NCBI GenBank assembly: GCA_049903315.1
Contig: JBNGBT010000003.1
Coordinates: forward strand, 249,816 to 313,815
Direction of reading: 5' to 3'
Source of the DNA: Candidatus Cloacimonadota bacterium
GTDB taxonomy: Bacteria; Cloacimonadota; Cloacimonadia; JGIOTU-2
DNA length: 64,000 bases
The position numbers were made by a program, and so were the translations under genes. This document shows positions 19,606 through 29,283 of this stretch, one piece after another; position 1 is the stretch's first letter; every line of letters begins with the position of its first letter. The notes under the pieces are model-generated. The model did not search any database. It worked only from the letters and a program-made list of their open reading frames with translations, and had not been told where the DNA came from.

Positions 19606-21966
19606 ATGAAAATAATATATATAATAATTTTATTCATATTCTTTTCGTTTAATATGCTCAATTGCGCAACGATCACTGTTGATATACAGGGAAACGAAGA
19701 CTTCATCAATATCCAGGATGGAATTGATATCTCTCAGCATGGCGATACGGTTCTGGTCTATCCCGGTACGTATGTTGAAAATATAGATTTTAATGGGAAA
19801 AGCATTGTATTAACAAGTTTGGAGCTCATAACAGGAGATGCTTCTTATATTGACTCGACCATTATTGATGGAGGACAACAGAGCAGTTGCATACGTTTAC
19901 ATAATAGCGAGCAGAATGCTGTAATACAAGGATTTTCAATAACAAACGGTATTGGGTATGATCATGTTAATTCCGGTGCGGGAAGACCGGGAGGAGGAAT
20001 AGCAATTAATACACCATATGGACAACCACAAACATTTTGTAAAATAAACAATTGTAAGATTTTTAAAAATATAGCAACAGGGGGAGGAGGGATATATTGT
20101 TATAAATCTTCAATGTATTTATCTGGTTTAATCATTACTGAGAATTATGCATCAAGTGGTGGTGGACTTTCAATACAAAATCAAAGTAGTGTTATATTTG
20201 ATTCTAATAATAAATGTAGTATTTATAATAATTATGCTGGAATTGGATTTGATATTGTATGTTACAATACTGGTGATGTAGAGGTTATAGTAGACACATT
20301 TACTGTTTCTGAACCTATTAACACTTTTGTGGTAAATTTTGAGGAAGGTGCATATGCTGGAAGTATAACTATCGACATAATGAATGCGTGGATGGAAGAA
20401 GTAAATCATGACCTGTATGTTTCTCCAAATGGTAGTGATAAAAATACTGGCATTACTCCAGAAAAACCCTTAAAAACAATCGCATGGGCACTACATAAGA
20501 TAAAATCGGATAGTCTAAATCCTAAAACAGTATATATCGAAGAGGGAACCTACTCCTTTACATCAAATGAACAGATTTTTCCATTGGGCTTAAAAGCATA
20601 TACTTCCCTTAAAGGAAATAATATTCATAGTACAATTTTAGTAAATGATAAATTCCCAAGTACAATAGCTACAAAATTTAAAAAAGGATTTATTGTTGTA
20701 GAAGAACTTACTATTACAAGTACAAATAATTTACTGGAAAAAGTATTACGTTCTATTTATAGTGATTCGATAATGTTAAATAACATTTTGATAAAAGAAA
20801 ATTACTTGCCTGAGAATGGACTAACAACTTTTTATGATAACAATAATGTATACTACAATAATCTTACATTTAAAAATAATACAGCAGAAAAAGCAGCTGG
20901 AATAAACCACGAAAAAGGGAACGCATATGTAAACAACTGCCGTTTTGAGAACAATCATTCATTTGGTTTGGCAGATCAATCATATTCAAATGTAATTGTT
21001 CGTATTTGTGCATATGATATAATGAGTATTGAAAATTCAATATTCATTAATAATAGCAATATGAGTTACGAGGAAGCACCATTTTGTTTCATCAACAAAC
21101 AATTTTACAGTCCGGATTTGTACATTAAGAATTGTCTTTTTGCAGGGAATGAGACACCCTGTTCAACAGTTTTGGTTGCTGTCCCCGGAGATCTTCCCAC
21201 GCCTGACAGTCTTGATGTACAGATAACCAATTGCACCTTTGCTTACAACAAAAGCAGTTTATCAACATTATCATTTATGGGAGCAATCGATATAACAAAC
21301 ACAATACTCTATGACAGTACTGATTACGAGATATATTTGGATGATTGGTCGTATCATAACATGTATGCAACGTTAAATATAAAAAACTGCGACATAAAAA
21401 ATGGACAAAATGGAATATTGAACATGAATGAGAACAACATTATTAATTGGCTGCATGGAAATATAGACGAAGATCCGCTTTTTGTCGGCGGGAATCCTTT
21501 CAGTTATAAGCTTTCATCCAACTCTCCCTGCATTAATGCAGGCACAGGTGATACAACAGGATTACATCTTCCCCCAACGGACCTTGCAGGAAATCCTCGT
21601 ATAACAGGGGGCAGGATAGATATAGGAGCGTACGAGTGGTTGGTGGTCAGCACTGACCAAGAACATTCCTTTCCTGATGATTTGATTGCATTTAATGCAA
21701 GCCCCAATCCTTTTAAATCAGGAACAACGATTACATGCAGCATTAAAGAAGTTCTCGTAAATGATACATATGAATTATCAATATACAACGTGAAGGGGCA
21801 ACTTATAAAGCAATTTAATAGAGAACATTATGATTTCTCCCCATATTCAGAAATATATTGGGATGGTACTGATTTACTAGGAAGGCAGGTTGCACCTGGG
21901 ACGTATTTGTACAAGCTGGAATATAATGGTAATGCGGTAGTGAGAAAGATGGTCCGGCTACGTTAG
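19606..21966 (+). CDS. Secreted beta-helix protein (DUF1565-like, choice-of-anchor-Q-like) with FlgD-Ig/Por-type tail
   Basis: GDTVLVYPGTYVENI, YVSPNGSD.NTG....PLKTI, DLAGNPRI.GGRIDIGAYE, SPNPF...WDG tail. Confidence 0.85.
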   Translation: MKIIYIIILFIFFSFNMLNCATITVDIQGNEDFINIQDGIDISQHGDTVLVYPGTYVENIDFNGKSIVLTSLELITGDASYIDSTIIDGGQQSSCIRLHNSEQNAVIQGFSITNGIGYDHVNSGAGRPGGGIAINTPYGQPQTFCKINNCKIFKNIATGGGGIYCYKSSMYLSGLIITENYASSGGGLSIQNQSSVIFDSNNKCSIYNNYAGIGFDIVCYNTGDVEVIVDTFTVSEPINTFVVNFEEGAYAGSITIDIMNAWMEEVNHDLYVSPNGSDKNTGITPEKPLKTIAWALHKIKSDSLNPKTVYIEEGTYSFTSNEQIFPLGLKAYTSLKGNNIHSTILVNDKFPSTIATKFKKGFIVVEELTITSTNNLLEKVLRSIYSDSIMLNNILIKENYLPENGLTTFYDNNNVYYNNLTFKNNTAEKAAGINHEKGNAYVNNCRFENNHSFGLADQSYSNVIVRICAYDIMSIENSIFINNSNMSYEEAPFCFINKQFYSPDLYIKNCLFAGNETPCSTVLVAVPGDLPTPDSLDVQITNCTFAYNKSSLSTLSFMGAIDITNTILYDSTDYEIYLDDWSYHNMYATLNIKNCDIKNGQNGILNMNENNIINWLHGNIDEDPLFVGGNPFSYKLSSNSPCINAGTGDTTGLHLPPTDLAGNPRITGGRIDIGAYEWLVVSTDQEHSFPDDLIAFNASPNPFKSGTTITCSIKEVLVNDTYELSIYNVKGQLIKQFNREHYDFSPYSEIYWDGTDLLGRQVAPGTYLYKLEYNGNAVVRKMVRLR

Positions 21967-22165
21967 AAAACTACGCTGCGACAAGTCCGGCTGCGTTAAA
22001 ACGCATAAATGTAAAATTTAAAATAGAAAATCAGCCAGAGGGCTGACAAGTTATAAAATGGAAAATATGGAGTTGGCGACTTTATCCTATTTCTATCATT
22101 ATTCCTATAAAAATTGACGTTTATTAGATGGTTTCAATATTCATATTATAACTTTGGAGGTTCTG

Positions 22166-22924
22166 ATGGAAGATAAAAACATGAATGAGTCTGATTACAA
22201 GGATGTATTCGATCCCCAGGATTATATGTATTTTTTTGGTAAAGTTCTCACTGAAGAAAGAACCAAAAGTGAAATCCAATTTCTCGTTGAAGAATTAGGT
22301 CTTACAAAATCGATGTCGATATTGGACCTTGGATGTGGTTTTGGTCGGCACTCTATTAAATTAGCAAAACTGGGGCACCATGTAACGGGCATTGATCGTA
22401 TGGATGGTTTTATTAATGCAGGAAAAAAAAGAGCAGATTATGAGGGGGTAAAGATAAATTTCATCAAGAAGGACATGCGCTATGTAGAATTTAATGAGGA
22501 GTTCGAACGTGCGCTTCTACTTTTTACTGCCTTTGGATATTTTTCCGATGATGAAAACCTTGAAGTTCTAAAAAATATTTCAAAAGCACTCGTGCCCGGC
22601 GGATTATTCTGTTTCGATATTTTTAATCGTGATGCTTTTCTGAAGGATTTTATGCCCTACTATGTGCAGGAGGTCAGGCAGGATCTTTTAATAGACCGTA
22701 ACACGTTTAATCCTAAAACTGGAAGGTTGATCGATGATCGAATCATAATAAGAAAGGGAATACGTAAAGATGTATCCTTTTCAATACGATTGTATGATTA
22801 CAATGAAATAGAAAAACTGGTCGAGCAGGGAGGAATGAAGATCCATGAAATTTATGGTGACTGGGATAAGTCGCCTTTTACAATGGACTCAAAAGAAATG
22901 AAGATCATCGCAAAAAAATTGTAA
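22166..22924 (+). CDS. Class I SAM-dependent methyltransferase
   Basis: ILDLGCGFGRH, VTGID, DMR, FTAFGYF, LVPGG; RBS GGAGG. Confidence 0.9.
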   Translation: MEDKNMNESDYKDVFDPQDYMYFFGKVLTEERTKSEIQFLVEELGLTKSMSILDLGCGFGRHSIKLAKLGHHVTGIDRMDGFINAGKKRADYEGVKINFIKKDMRYVEFNEEFERALLLFTAFGYFSDDENLEVLKNISKALVPGGLFCFDIFNRDAFLKDFMPYYVQEVRQDLLIDRNTFNPKTGRLIDDRIIIRKGIRKDVSFSIRLYDYNEIEKLVEQGGMKIHEIYGDWDKSPFTMDSKEMKIIAKKL

Positions 22925-22941
22925 TATTTATCGGCTATAAT

Positions 22942-22974
22942 AAAAAAACCTCGGACCGAAAGATCCGAGGTTTT
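22942..22974. terminator. Bidirectional intrinsic terminator
   Basis: aaaaaaacctcgga-ccgaaaga-tccgaggtttt between convergent genes. Confidence 0.85.
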
Positions 22975-22992
22975 CTATTTATAGGTGAGGGG

Positions 22993-25900
22993 TTATTTCA
23001 CGAGTATCATTTTCTTCACTTCGTCGAAGCCTTGATTTTCAAGCTTGTAGAAGTAGATACCTGTTGCCATATCAGAAATATCGATTTGAGCAGCACCACT
23101 CACACCTTCCACAGTTTTGACAAATTCACCGTGAATGTTGTATATCTTAATGGTAGCGTTTTGATTCATTGCACTACCCTTAAGATGATATTTGATCACA
23201 GTGGAGCTTTTTGCAGGATTCGGGAAGTTGCCGAGCAAGATAGTATTTTCATAATAGGTGTTATCGTCAACACCGATTTCGGGAACGCCCGTACCAAATA
23301 CGTCTAAATTATCAAATGAGAAAGGATTGATCTGGATGACAACAGTGCCATCATAATTTTGTGCATTCTGAGGAGCGAAGGTGAGATCGTAGGTCATGCT
23401 TTCACCCATAGAGATCGAATATGTAAGAACATTTCTGCGTGGAGTTGTGCCAGTTTCTGCAACAGAGTAACAAGTAGGAGTGGTTATTTGTCCGGACAAT
23501 GTTCCGCTGCCAAGATTATAGATCGAGAATTGCATAGTGGAATCATGTCCTACCTGGACCTGACCAAAATCAAGAGACCCGGGTGACAAGTAAAACACAG
23601 GGAATGGAGACAGAACAGGCGGAAGTGTTATATAATCTATCCATGCACAGTCTTGTCCGCCAACCTGAGTATAGTCTTTATCATATACCCATTTGAATGT
23701 ATGAGTGCCTGCTGTTACTGTGTATGACACTTCACTCCAACTCACTTCACCAGCCCATTCGCCTTTTTGGACACCATCAATATAGAATTGAAGGTAGTCG
23801 TAGTTATTTTCTGAGGATACTTTTCTGAAGAATGAAATATCACCGGCATTTGTATCTATCGTAAGAGAAAGTTCTGTTTCTGAGTTATTTCCGATAGCTC
23901 CGGATTTTGCGCAGAAGTTACCTTCATAGGCATTTATCTCATCGATAGTCCAATCTGCATCTCCACTTGTAATCCAGTTATATGCATTGAAGTTGCCAGT
24001 CTCGAAGTCTTCGATTGAAAGTCCGACATATTCATAGAACATTTCAGTGGCACTGTAATTACCGCCAGTGACATTGAATTCGAGAGGTATGCTTACGCCG
24101 TTTGGCGCACTGCTGGAAACAGTAATATTGAAAACAGCAAATTTTGATTGATCAACATTAAAGCTGCCGAAATCATAAGTGCCAGTATTAATGGTGACAT
24201 AGCTATTGCTTACGAGAGTTCCTGTTGCATCGGGAGAAGTTGCATGTCCGTCGTTGGTTGTTTCTATAGTAATACTTGCTGTTTCGCCAGCGTCGAGACG
24301 ACCATTATTATTACCGCCCGAATCATTTATCGTGAGATTTCCTACTGTAAAATGAGGGGCATTAACAACTATTCCAAAAGCAGTATCCCAGGTTTCTTTT
24401 GTTCCGGGATCACCCTCAACATTGACGTCGAGAACAACATAATGCTGGTCTTCAATATCGTTCGAAACACTGAATTCATATGCGTCAACCATCGTGGATG
24501 ATTGATTAGATCCGATAGTGCCGAAGTTCTCTGTAATATCTGAGAAATCAATATGAGTATCTGTTGTTGAAAGTGTTGCTATTACATTATCAGCAGCTTG
24601 GACACCTACGTTTTTCAGTGTTAAGCCAAGCAGAATAGTTTCGCCGTAATCAATAACTCCATTATCATTTGCACCCGTATCATTAATTGAATGACCTTCA
24701 TAAATAATATATGGTCCGGAAGGTGGAATGACATTTACTATAGTTTCATAACGGTAGTAATTTTGCTTTACAACAGTGACAAGAACATCTACTCCAGGGA
24801 GCTGAGATTCGAAAGAAATAGGTGTGGGAACTAAACCATTTCCAACACCAGTACCAATAATTTCACCATCAACTGAAAGGCAGATGTCTGCTCCAGAATT
24901 CGCAGTCACATTAAAGGTCGTAATGCCACTTAAGATCGCGGCATCATGACTCACCTGAAGGTTTTGAGGAACTTCAGAATAGACCGTCATGAATGCATCA
25001 CCATGATGATGGAAGAGGTAATATGTAATTGCTTTATTACTTGTGTTGTAAGGCCAGCTTGAGCCTTGAAGGAAAATTTTACCAGCTGAGTTACCCATGC
25101 AGGGATATATCCAGTCGGAATTAGAAGGAGGTGCACCATAGTCCGGCATAAACTGGGGCCACATCAAATCATACATGCCCCATACATAGGTATCGTTCAC
25201 GAAGGAGTATGAGGTTTCTGACGCAGCTATAAGGCCAAGTGCGCGATGTTCATAACGATGCATTGCTTCTGCAAAACATTCTGACGAATTATTATACTTT
25301 CCTGTTAAACAGTTGATAGAAAATACATACACAAGATCATCATTATACAATCCACCTAAATCTCCAGTATCATAATCCGGTTCACCCCAGCCGGTAGTGC
25401 CGCCGTGGTCACGATGCTGAAGCATGAATGCGCCGCTGTTTATAGCGTTGTTAACCTGGGTGGCATTGCCGCCGGTCCAACCGCCAAGGGTTGAGGGATC
25501 TGTAGGGATATAACCTAATCCGGCAGGACCAAAATAAGCAAGAACAGTGGCAGTGTTCGTTGCTGTTGACCATACACCACCATTTGGATTACCGCTATAA
25601 ATGGCATTTATTCTGACCTGGTTTTTTCCAAGTATATTTGACCAGAAACCGCCTACAGTTTCTGAGCAGATTTGGAACCAACGTTCAGTCTGCCAACCAA
25701 GAGCTGTAACAGGATGGTCATAGAAATCGGGATTTGTAGGAGGGTCTGTTTCATAATCAAGGAATTTTGAGACTGTGATTTCTAGTTCGCTATAATTTCT
25801 AGCTGTTATACGTGCAAAATGCATGTCGGGCATATCATCACCATTAACATCGGCATAGATATTGTCAGAAACACAACTGCCGTAAGAAGGTGAGATAATA

Positions 25901-26853
25901 CCGGTACCTGTTGCTCCACCTGTGCCATAGTCAGCAAGCAACAGCACTGCTGAAGGCGCAGGAGTCCAAGTATTATAAGCCGTATTGAAATAATTCTCTA
26001 AGGCTGAGGTTGTGTTGCCACCAATTTGAGTGAGGGTTACAACTTGTGTAATAATACCTTGTTTTTGACGGAAATTCTTTATTGAATCCGCCCAGGTGAT
26101 GAAGTCGGGATTATCAGGAACAACAATGAGGTATTCGCAGCCATCATCTTTTGCGGAGGTGTTTGAATAATCTTTTTCCGGAATTGATTCATAGTTTAGT
26201 ATTGTCTGTGCGTAGATTGGATCCCACCATTTGCTGCGTAATCTGTCTTCACCATATTGACCATTGCCGCCGATAAAGTTCAAGTCAATTTGCATATCGC
26301 GGTATACAATCATCTCTTTTGTAACAGGATTGTATTGGAATGGGGTAATGCCAATGATCACGACATCGACTCCACGAATTTGTTTTACATCGGAGATCAT
26401 AACAGGATTTGCCGGATAAAACTCATTTTTTGAATAAATCTGTATATCCTTGTTATAATCAAGAGGTCCTTCTTCAGTATCAAGAGGGATGCGGAAGGCA
26501 GGTGCAATATCCATATTCGGTACGATTTCGGAACGATAATCAACAATATTGAAAGAGACTGAAGCACCTTCCGGAATTGCAATAAATCTGCTCATGCCCG
26601 GAAGGTCAGGGGCACCTTCATTATTTGGGAGAAAAACACCAGGGATGTGAATACTTTGAAGTGTCTCACCATCTACTTCTGCATCAGTAGTAAAATACTC
26701 CTGAACTGAGAAGTTGAGAGAAAGGTCAGAGGAATTTTGCCTTAGTATGCTGAATCCATGATCTCCCCAACTGTCAGTATATTGCTTTGCAAAAGCAACT
26801 GAGGAGAAGAGAATAAGGCAAAAAGCCATTAAAAAAACAATCTTTTTCATCAA
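22993..26853 (-). CDS. Gingipain-like peptidase C25 with propeptide, Ig-like domains and Por/FlgD-type tail
   Basis: Propeptide_C25-like N-terminus (G.PDLP, PFQYNPV), catalytic HRDHG and INCLTG, SDNIY, FPNP tail; 1286 aa. Confidence 0.9.
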   Translation of the reverse strand: MMKKIVFLMAFCLILFSSVAFAKQYTDSWGDHGFSILRQNSSDLSLNFSVQEYFTTDAEVDGETLQSIHIPGVFLPNNEGAPDLPGMSRFIAIPEGASVSFNIVDYRSEIVPNMDIAPAFRIPLDTEEGPLDYNKDIQIYSKNEFYPANPVMISDVKQIRGVDVVIIGITPFQYNPVTKEMIVYRDMQIDLNFIGGNGQYGEDRLRSKWWDPIYAQTILNYESIPEKDYSNTSAKDDGCEYLIVVPDNPDFITWADSIKNFRQKQGIITQVVTLTQIGGNTTSALENYFNTAYNTWTPAPSAVLLLADYGTGGATGTGIISPSYGSCVSDNIYADVNGDDMPDMHFARITARNYSELEITVSKFLDYETDPPTNPDFYDHPVTALGWQTERWFQICSETVGGFWSNILGKNQVRINAIYSGNPNGGVWSTATNTATVLAYFGPAGLGYIPTDPSTLGGWTGGNATQVNNAINSGAFMLQHRDHGGTTGWGEPDYDTGDLGGLYNDDLVYVFSINCLTGKYNNSSECFAEAMHRYEHRALGLIAASETSYSFVNDTYVWGMYDLMWPQFMPDYGAPPSNSDWIYPCMGNSAGKIFLQGSSWPYNTSNKAITYYLFHHHGDAFMTVYSEVPQNLQVSHDAAILSGITTFNVTANSGADICLSVDGEIIGTGVGNGLVPTPISFESQLPGVDVLVTVVKQNYYRYETIVNVIPPSGPYIIYEGHSINDTGANDNGVIDYGETILLGLTLKNVGVQAADNVIATLSTTDTHIDFSDITENFGTIGSNQSSTMVDAYEFSVSNDIEDQHYVVLDVNVEGDPGTKETWDTAFGIVVNAPHFTVGNLTINDSGGNNNGRLDAGETASITIETTNDGHATSPDATGTLVSNSYVTINTGTYDFGSFNVDQSKFAVFNITVSSSAPNGVSIPLEFNVTGGNYSATEMFYEYVGLSIEDFETGNFNAYNWITSGDADWTIDEINAYEGNFCAKSGAIGNNSETELSLTIDTNAGDISFFRKVSSENNYDYLQFYIDGVQKGEWAGEVSWSEVSYTVTAGTHTFKWVYDKDYTQVGGQDCAWIDYITLPPVLSPFPVFYLSPGSLDFGQVQVGHDSTMQFSIYNLGSGTLSGQITTPTCYSVAETGTTPRRNVLTYSISMGESMTYDLTFAPQNAQNYDGTVVIQINPFSFDNLDVFGTGVPEIGVDDNTYYENTILLGNFPNPAKSSTVIKYHLKGSAMNQNATIKIYNIHGEFVKTVEGVSGAAQIDISDMATGIYFYKLENQGFDEVKKMILVK

Positions 26854-26999
26854 TATCCTCCATTGATTTTGATTAGATTTTTCATTTTATTTTTTTATTC
26901 AAAAATTTTTGATTAAAAAACCAACTAAACGAAACTATGTCAAGTTTATATAAGAGATAATAATATTTTAAAGAAAATAAAGAGCGTGTAAACATAAAT

Positions 27000-28121
27000 T
27001 TACCAGGGGCTAGTAATGTCATAGAGGGCTGCGTGAAGAATATTGTTTTCTGAAAATATGAAATAAATATAATATTTTCCAGCTTCAAAGGGAAGATGCT
27101 TTACTTTGCCTGTTCCTTCTTGAGGAAGAAAATAATATCCGGATTCACGAGCTCCTTTCGGCAGCCAGAAAAGACCATAATTGCCAGTAGGGATTGCTTT
27201 GAAATTTGACATTTCATAGGGCCCGAAGTCGTCAATGATTGCAACTGACTTGAATTCCCAAGACTCTCCGATCTTCATAACATTAAGATATTTCTCAGTA
27301 CCGTTCAGCATTGATATTTTGGGATTGAAACCTGCATCATCCTCAAGAATGTAATAGCTCATTGTACCATTTTGTTGGGCAAGTATCGCATGTATTTTCC
27401 CACCCTCAACAGGGCAGTGGTAAGGTATGTTTTCTTTATTTTTCCAGCGCACCCATTCTTTTTCTGAAGATGGTTTATAATAAAGAAAATTTTCTTCAAG
27501 ATCGGTTGTATTAAGAAGCTGGGAAGTCTCATGCGGCGGCAGATTGGTCATAGTGAAAACAGGTTTTGAAGGTTCTCCAAGACGCACATCAAAAGGTTCA
27601 TCATAAAGATTTACAAAGAATATTTTTGCATCCTTAATCCAAAGAGTTATTGGAGACAGGAAATAATCGTCAGAGTAATAGTGAACGGAAAAATAATCTC
27701 TGAGATCCTCAGTGGATGAAATTGTGCTATCGTCGATGTTAACCTCACGGGTTGTTAAGGTGTTTTTGGTGAGATCAATATTAAAACAATAATAGTTTAC
27801 CTCATCACCGCTTGATCCGAGAGGTCGCGCATAGAGATATTTATTCACTCCAATATTCGTAATATAACCGATATAATAGGGGTCGCCAAGGTAGTCATCA
27901 TTGTACGTGATGATCTTAATAAAATATGAATAAGGGTCATTTTCAATAAACTCAATTTTTTGCACATCATAGTCATCACTGGTTTCCCAGATACCAAGTA
28001 GATTTCTATCAATCGGAATGGTGCCAAGCTCCCCAAGAGGATATTTCGTAGCTGCGGGACAGCCAATGAGCGTCATTGCTATAGTCAGAATAATTACAAA
28101 ATTTAGTAATCTTTTTAGCAT
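27000..28121 (-). CDS. Hypothetical lipoprotein
   Basis: Lipobox LIGC; ID..LLG.W motif; beta-rich C-terminal half. Confidence 0.7.
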   Translation of the reverse strand: MLKRLLNFVIILTIAMTLIGCPAATKYPLGELGTIPIDRNLLGIWETSDDYDVQKIEFIENDPYSYFIKIITYNDDYLGDPYYIGYITNIGVNKYLYARPLGSSGDEVNYYCFNIDLTKNTLTTREVNIDDSTISSTEDLRDYFSVHYYSDDYFLSPITLWIKDAKIFFVNLYDEPFDVRLGEPSKPVFTMTNLPPHETSQLLNTTDLEENFLYYKPSSEKEWVRWKNKENIPYHCPVEGGKIHAILAQQNGTMSYYILEDDAGFNPKISMLNGTEKYLNVMKIGESWEFKSVAIIDDFGPYEMSNFKAIPTGNYGLFWLPKGARESGYYFLPQEGTGKVKHLPFEAGKYYIYFIFSENNILHAALYDITSPW

Positions 28122-28268
28122 AGAATTAAATATCCTTTATACAAAAAAAACAGAAATATCACCTAAATATTCGTCAAGTTTAACAGCCCCCACTTCTTTT
28201 TTTCTCAACTTTAAGTAATACTAAATCTTTATGTAAGGAATTTACTTCTTGTTGTTGATTACTTAATG

Positions 28269-29282
28269 TTACTTGAGAAGTGATTTCTTTAAAAAATATA
28301 TCTGCCAGAGGTCTTTGTCAGAAAAATGGAGTAATGGTTTGAGGGCCGCCAAGCCTATTCGACCAATGGTTTTTTCGAGATACTTCATTTCAGAAAATTT
28401 CTCTTGAATTGCGGGATCTATTTCAACAGGATATCCCATTTCTCTCAGCATTAACAATGCTTTTGCTCTCACGGCTAATTCAAGGTGAAGTCTCATAAAG
28501 CAGAGCATATCGCCTACAATTTCTTTGGGGAGAACTTCATGAAGTGAGTATAAATATTTGCCTGCATTGCTCTCTTTAAATCTTCCGCCCTGAAGTGACT
28601 TCATGAGCGATATATCACTCGTCAAACCTGTATCAAGCCACTTTTCCAACCTTCTTTCACTTTGCTGAAATATGACAAATATTACGATTGAGAAAACGAT
28701 TATAAGGAGTACAGTCATCATTATCGGAGGGAGTATAAAAAGATTAAAACTGAGATGAAAGAAAATTGCAATAAGTATTCCCGGAAGAAAAAACTTTATG
28801 CGTGTGCAGTTATTCTTTTCAATAATATAGCCCGATATGATTGCCATCAGACAAGTTGTGGAGCCATGCATGACTGCGGTTCCAAAACCCCGAAGTATCC
28901 ATGTGAAAATGGTCTCATGTTTGAGAATGGACAGATAGTAACTATTTTCGATAAAAGAAAAGCCTGCTCCTACCGCAAAACCGATGATCGCTGCATCGAC
29001 AAGAAATCCGATTCTTTTTTTATAGAAAAGTATTATGACGATAGCAGCTTTGAACAATTCCTCGATAGGGGGTGCGATATATATTGAAAGTGTCGTCACA
29101 TGTATGTGAAATGTGATTTCAATGAGATATTCAATACAAAAACTAGCTGCGGCAGCAATGCACCCAAACAAGATGACTTTCAATAATAGAGAGAGTTTCA
29201 GTAATTTATAGCTATCAAAAATAACAAGGAAAAGAAGGAATATGAAAACTGGGCACAGGCTTACAAGAATACTGGGGATCAT
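28269..29282 (-). CDS. PrsW-family glutamic intramembrane protease with soluble C-terminal extension
   Basis: PPIEELFK (EExxK), GAGFSFIEN, VMHG, FFHLSFN motifs; multi-TM. Confidence 0.88.
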   Translation of the reverse strand: MIPSILVSLCPVFIFLLFLVIFDSYKLLKLSLLLKVILFGCIAAAASFCIEYLIEITFHIHVTTLSIYIAPPIEELFKAAIVIILFYKKRIGFLVDAAIIGFAVGAGFSFIENSYYLSILKHETIFTWILRGFGTAVMHGSTTCLMAIISGYIIEKNNCTRIKFFLPGILIAIFFHLSFNLFILPPIMMTVLLIIVFSIVIFVIFQQSERRLEKWLDTGLTSDISLMKSLQGGRFKESNAGKYLYSLHEVLPKEIVGDMLCFMRLHLELAVRAKALLMLREMGYPVEIDPAIQEKFSEMKYLEKTIGRIGLAALKPLLHFSDKDLWQIYFLKKSLLK

Positions 29283-29283
29283 T

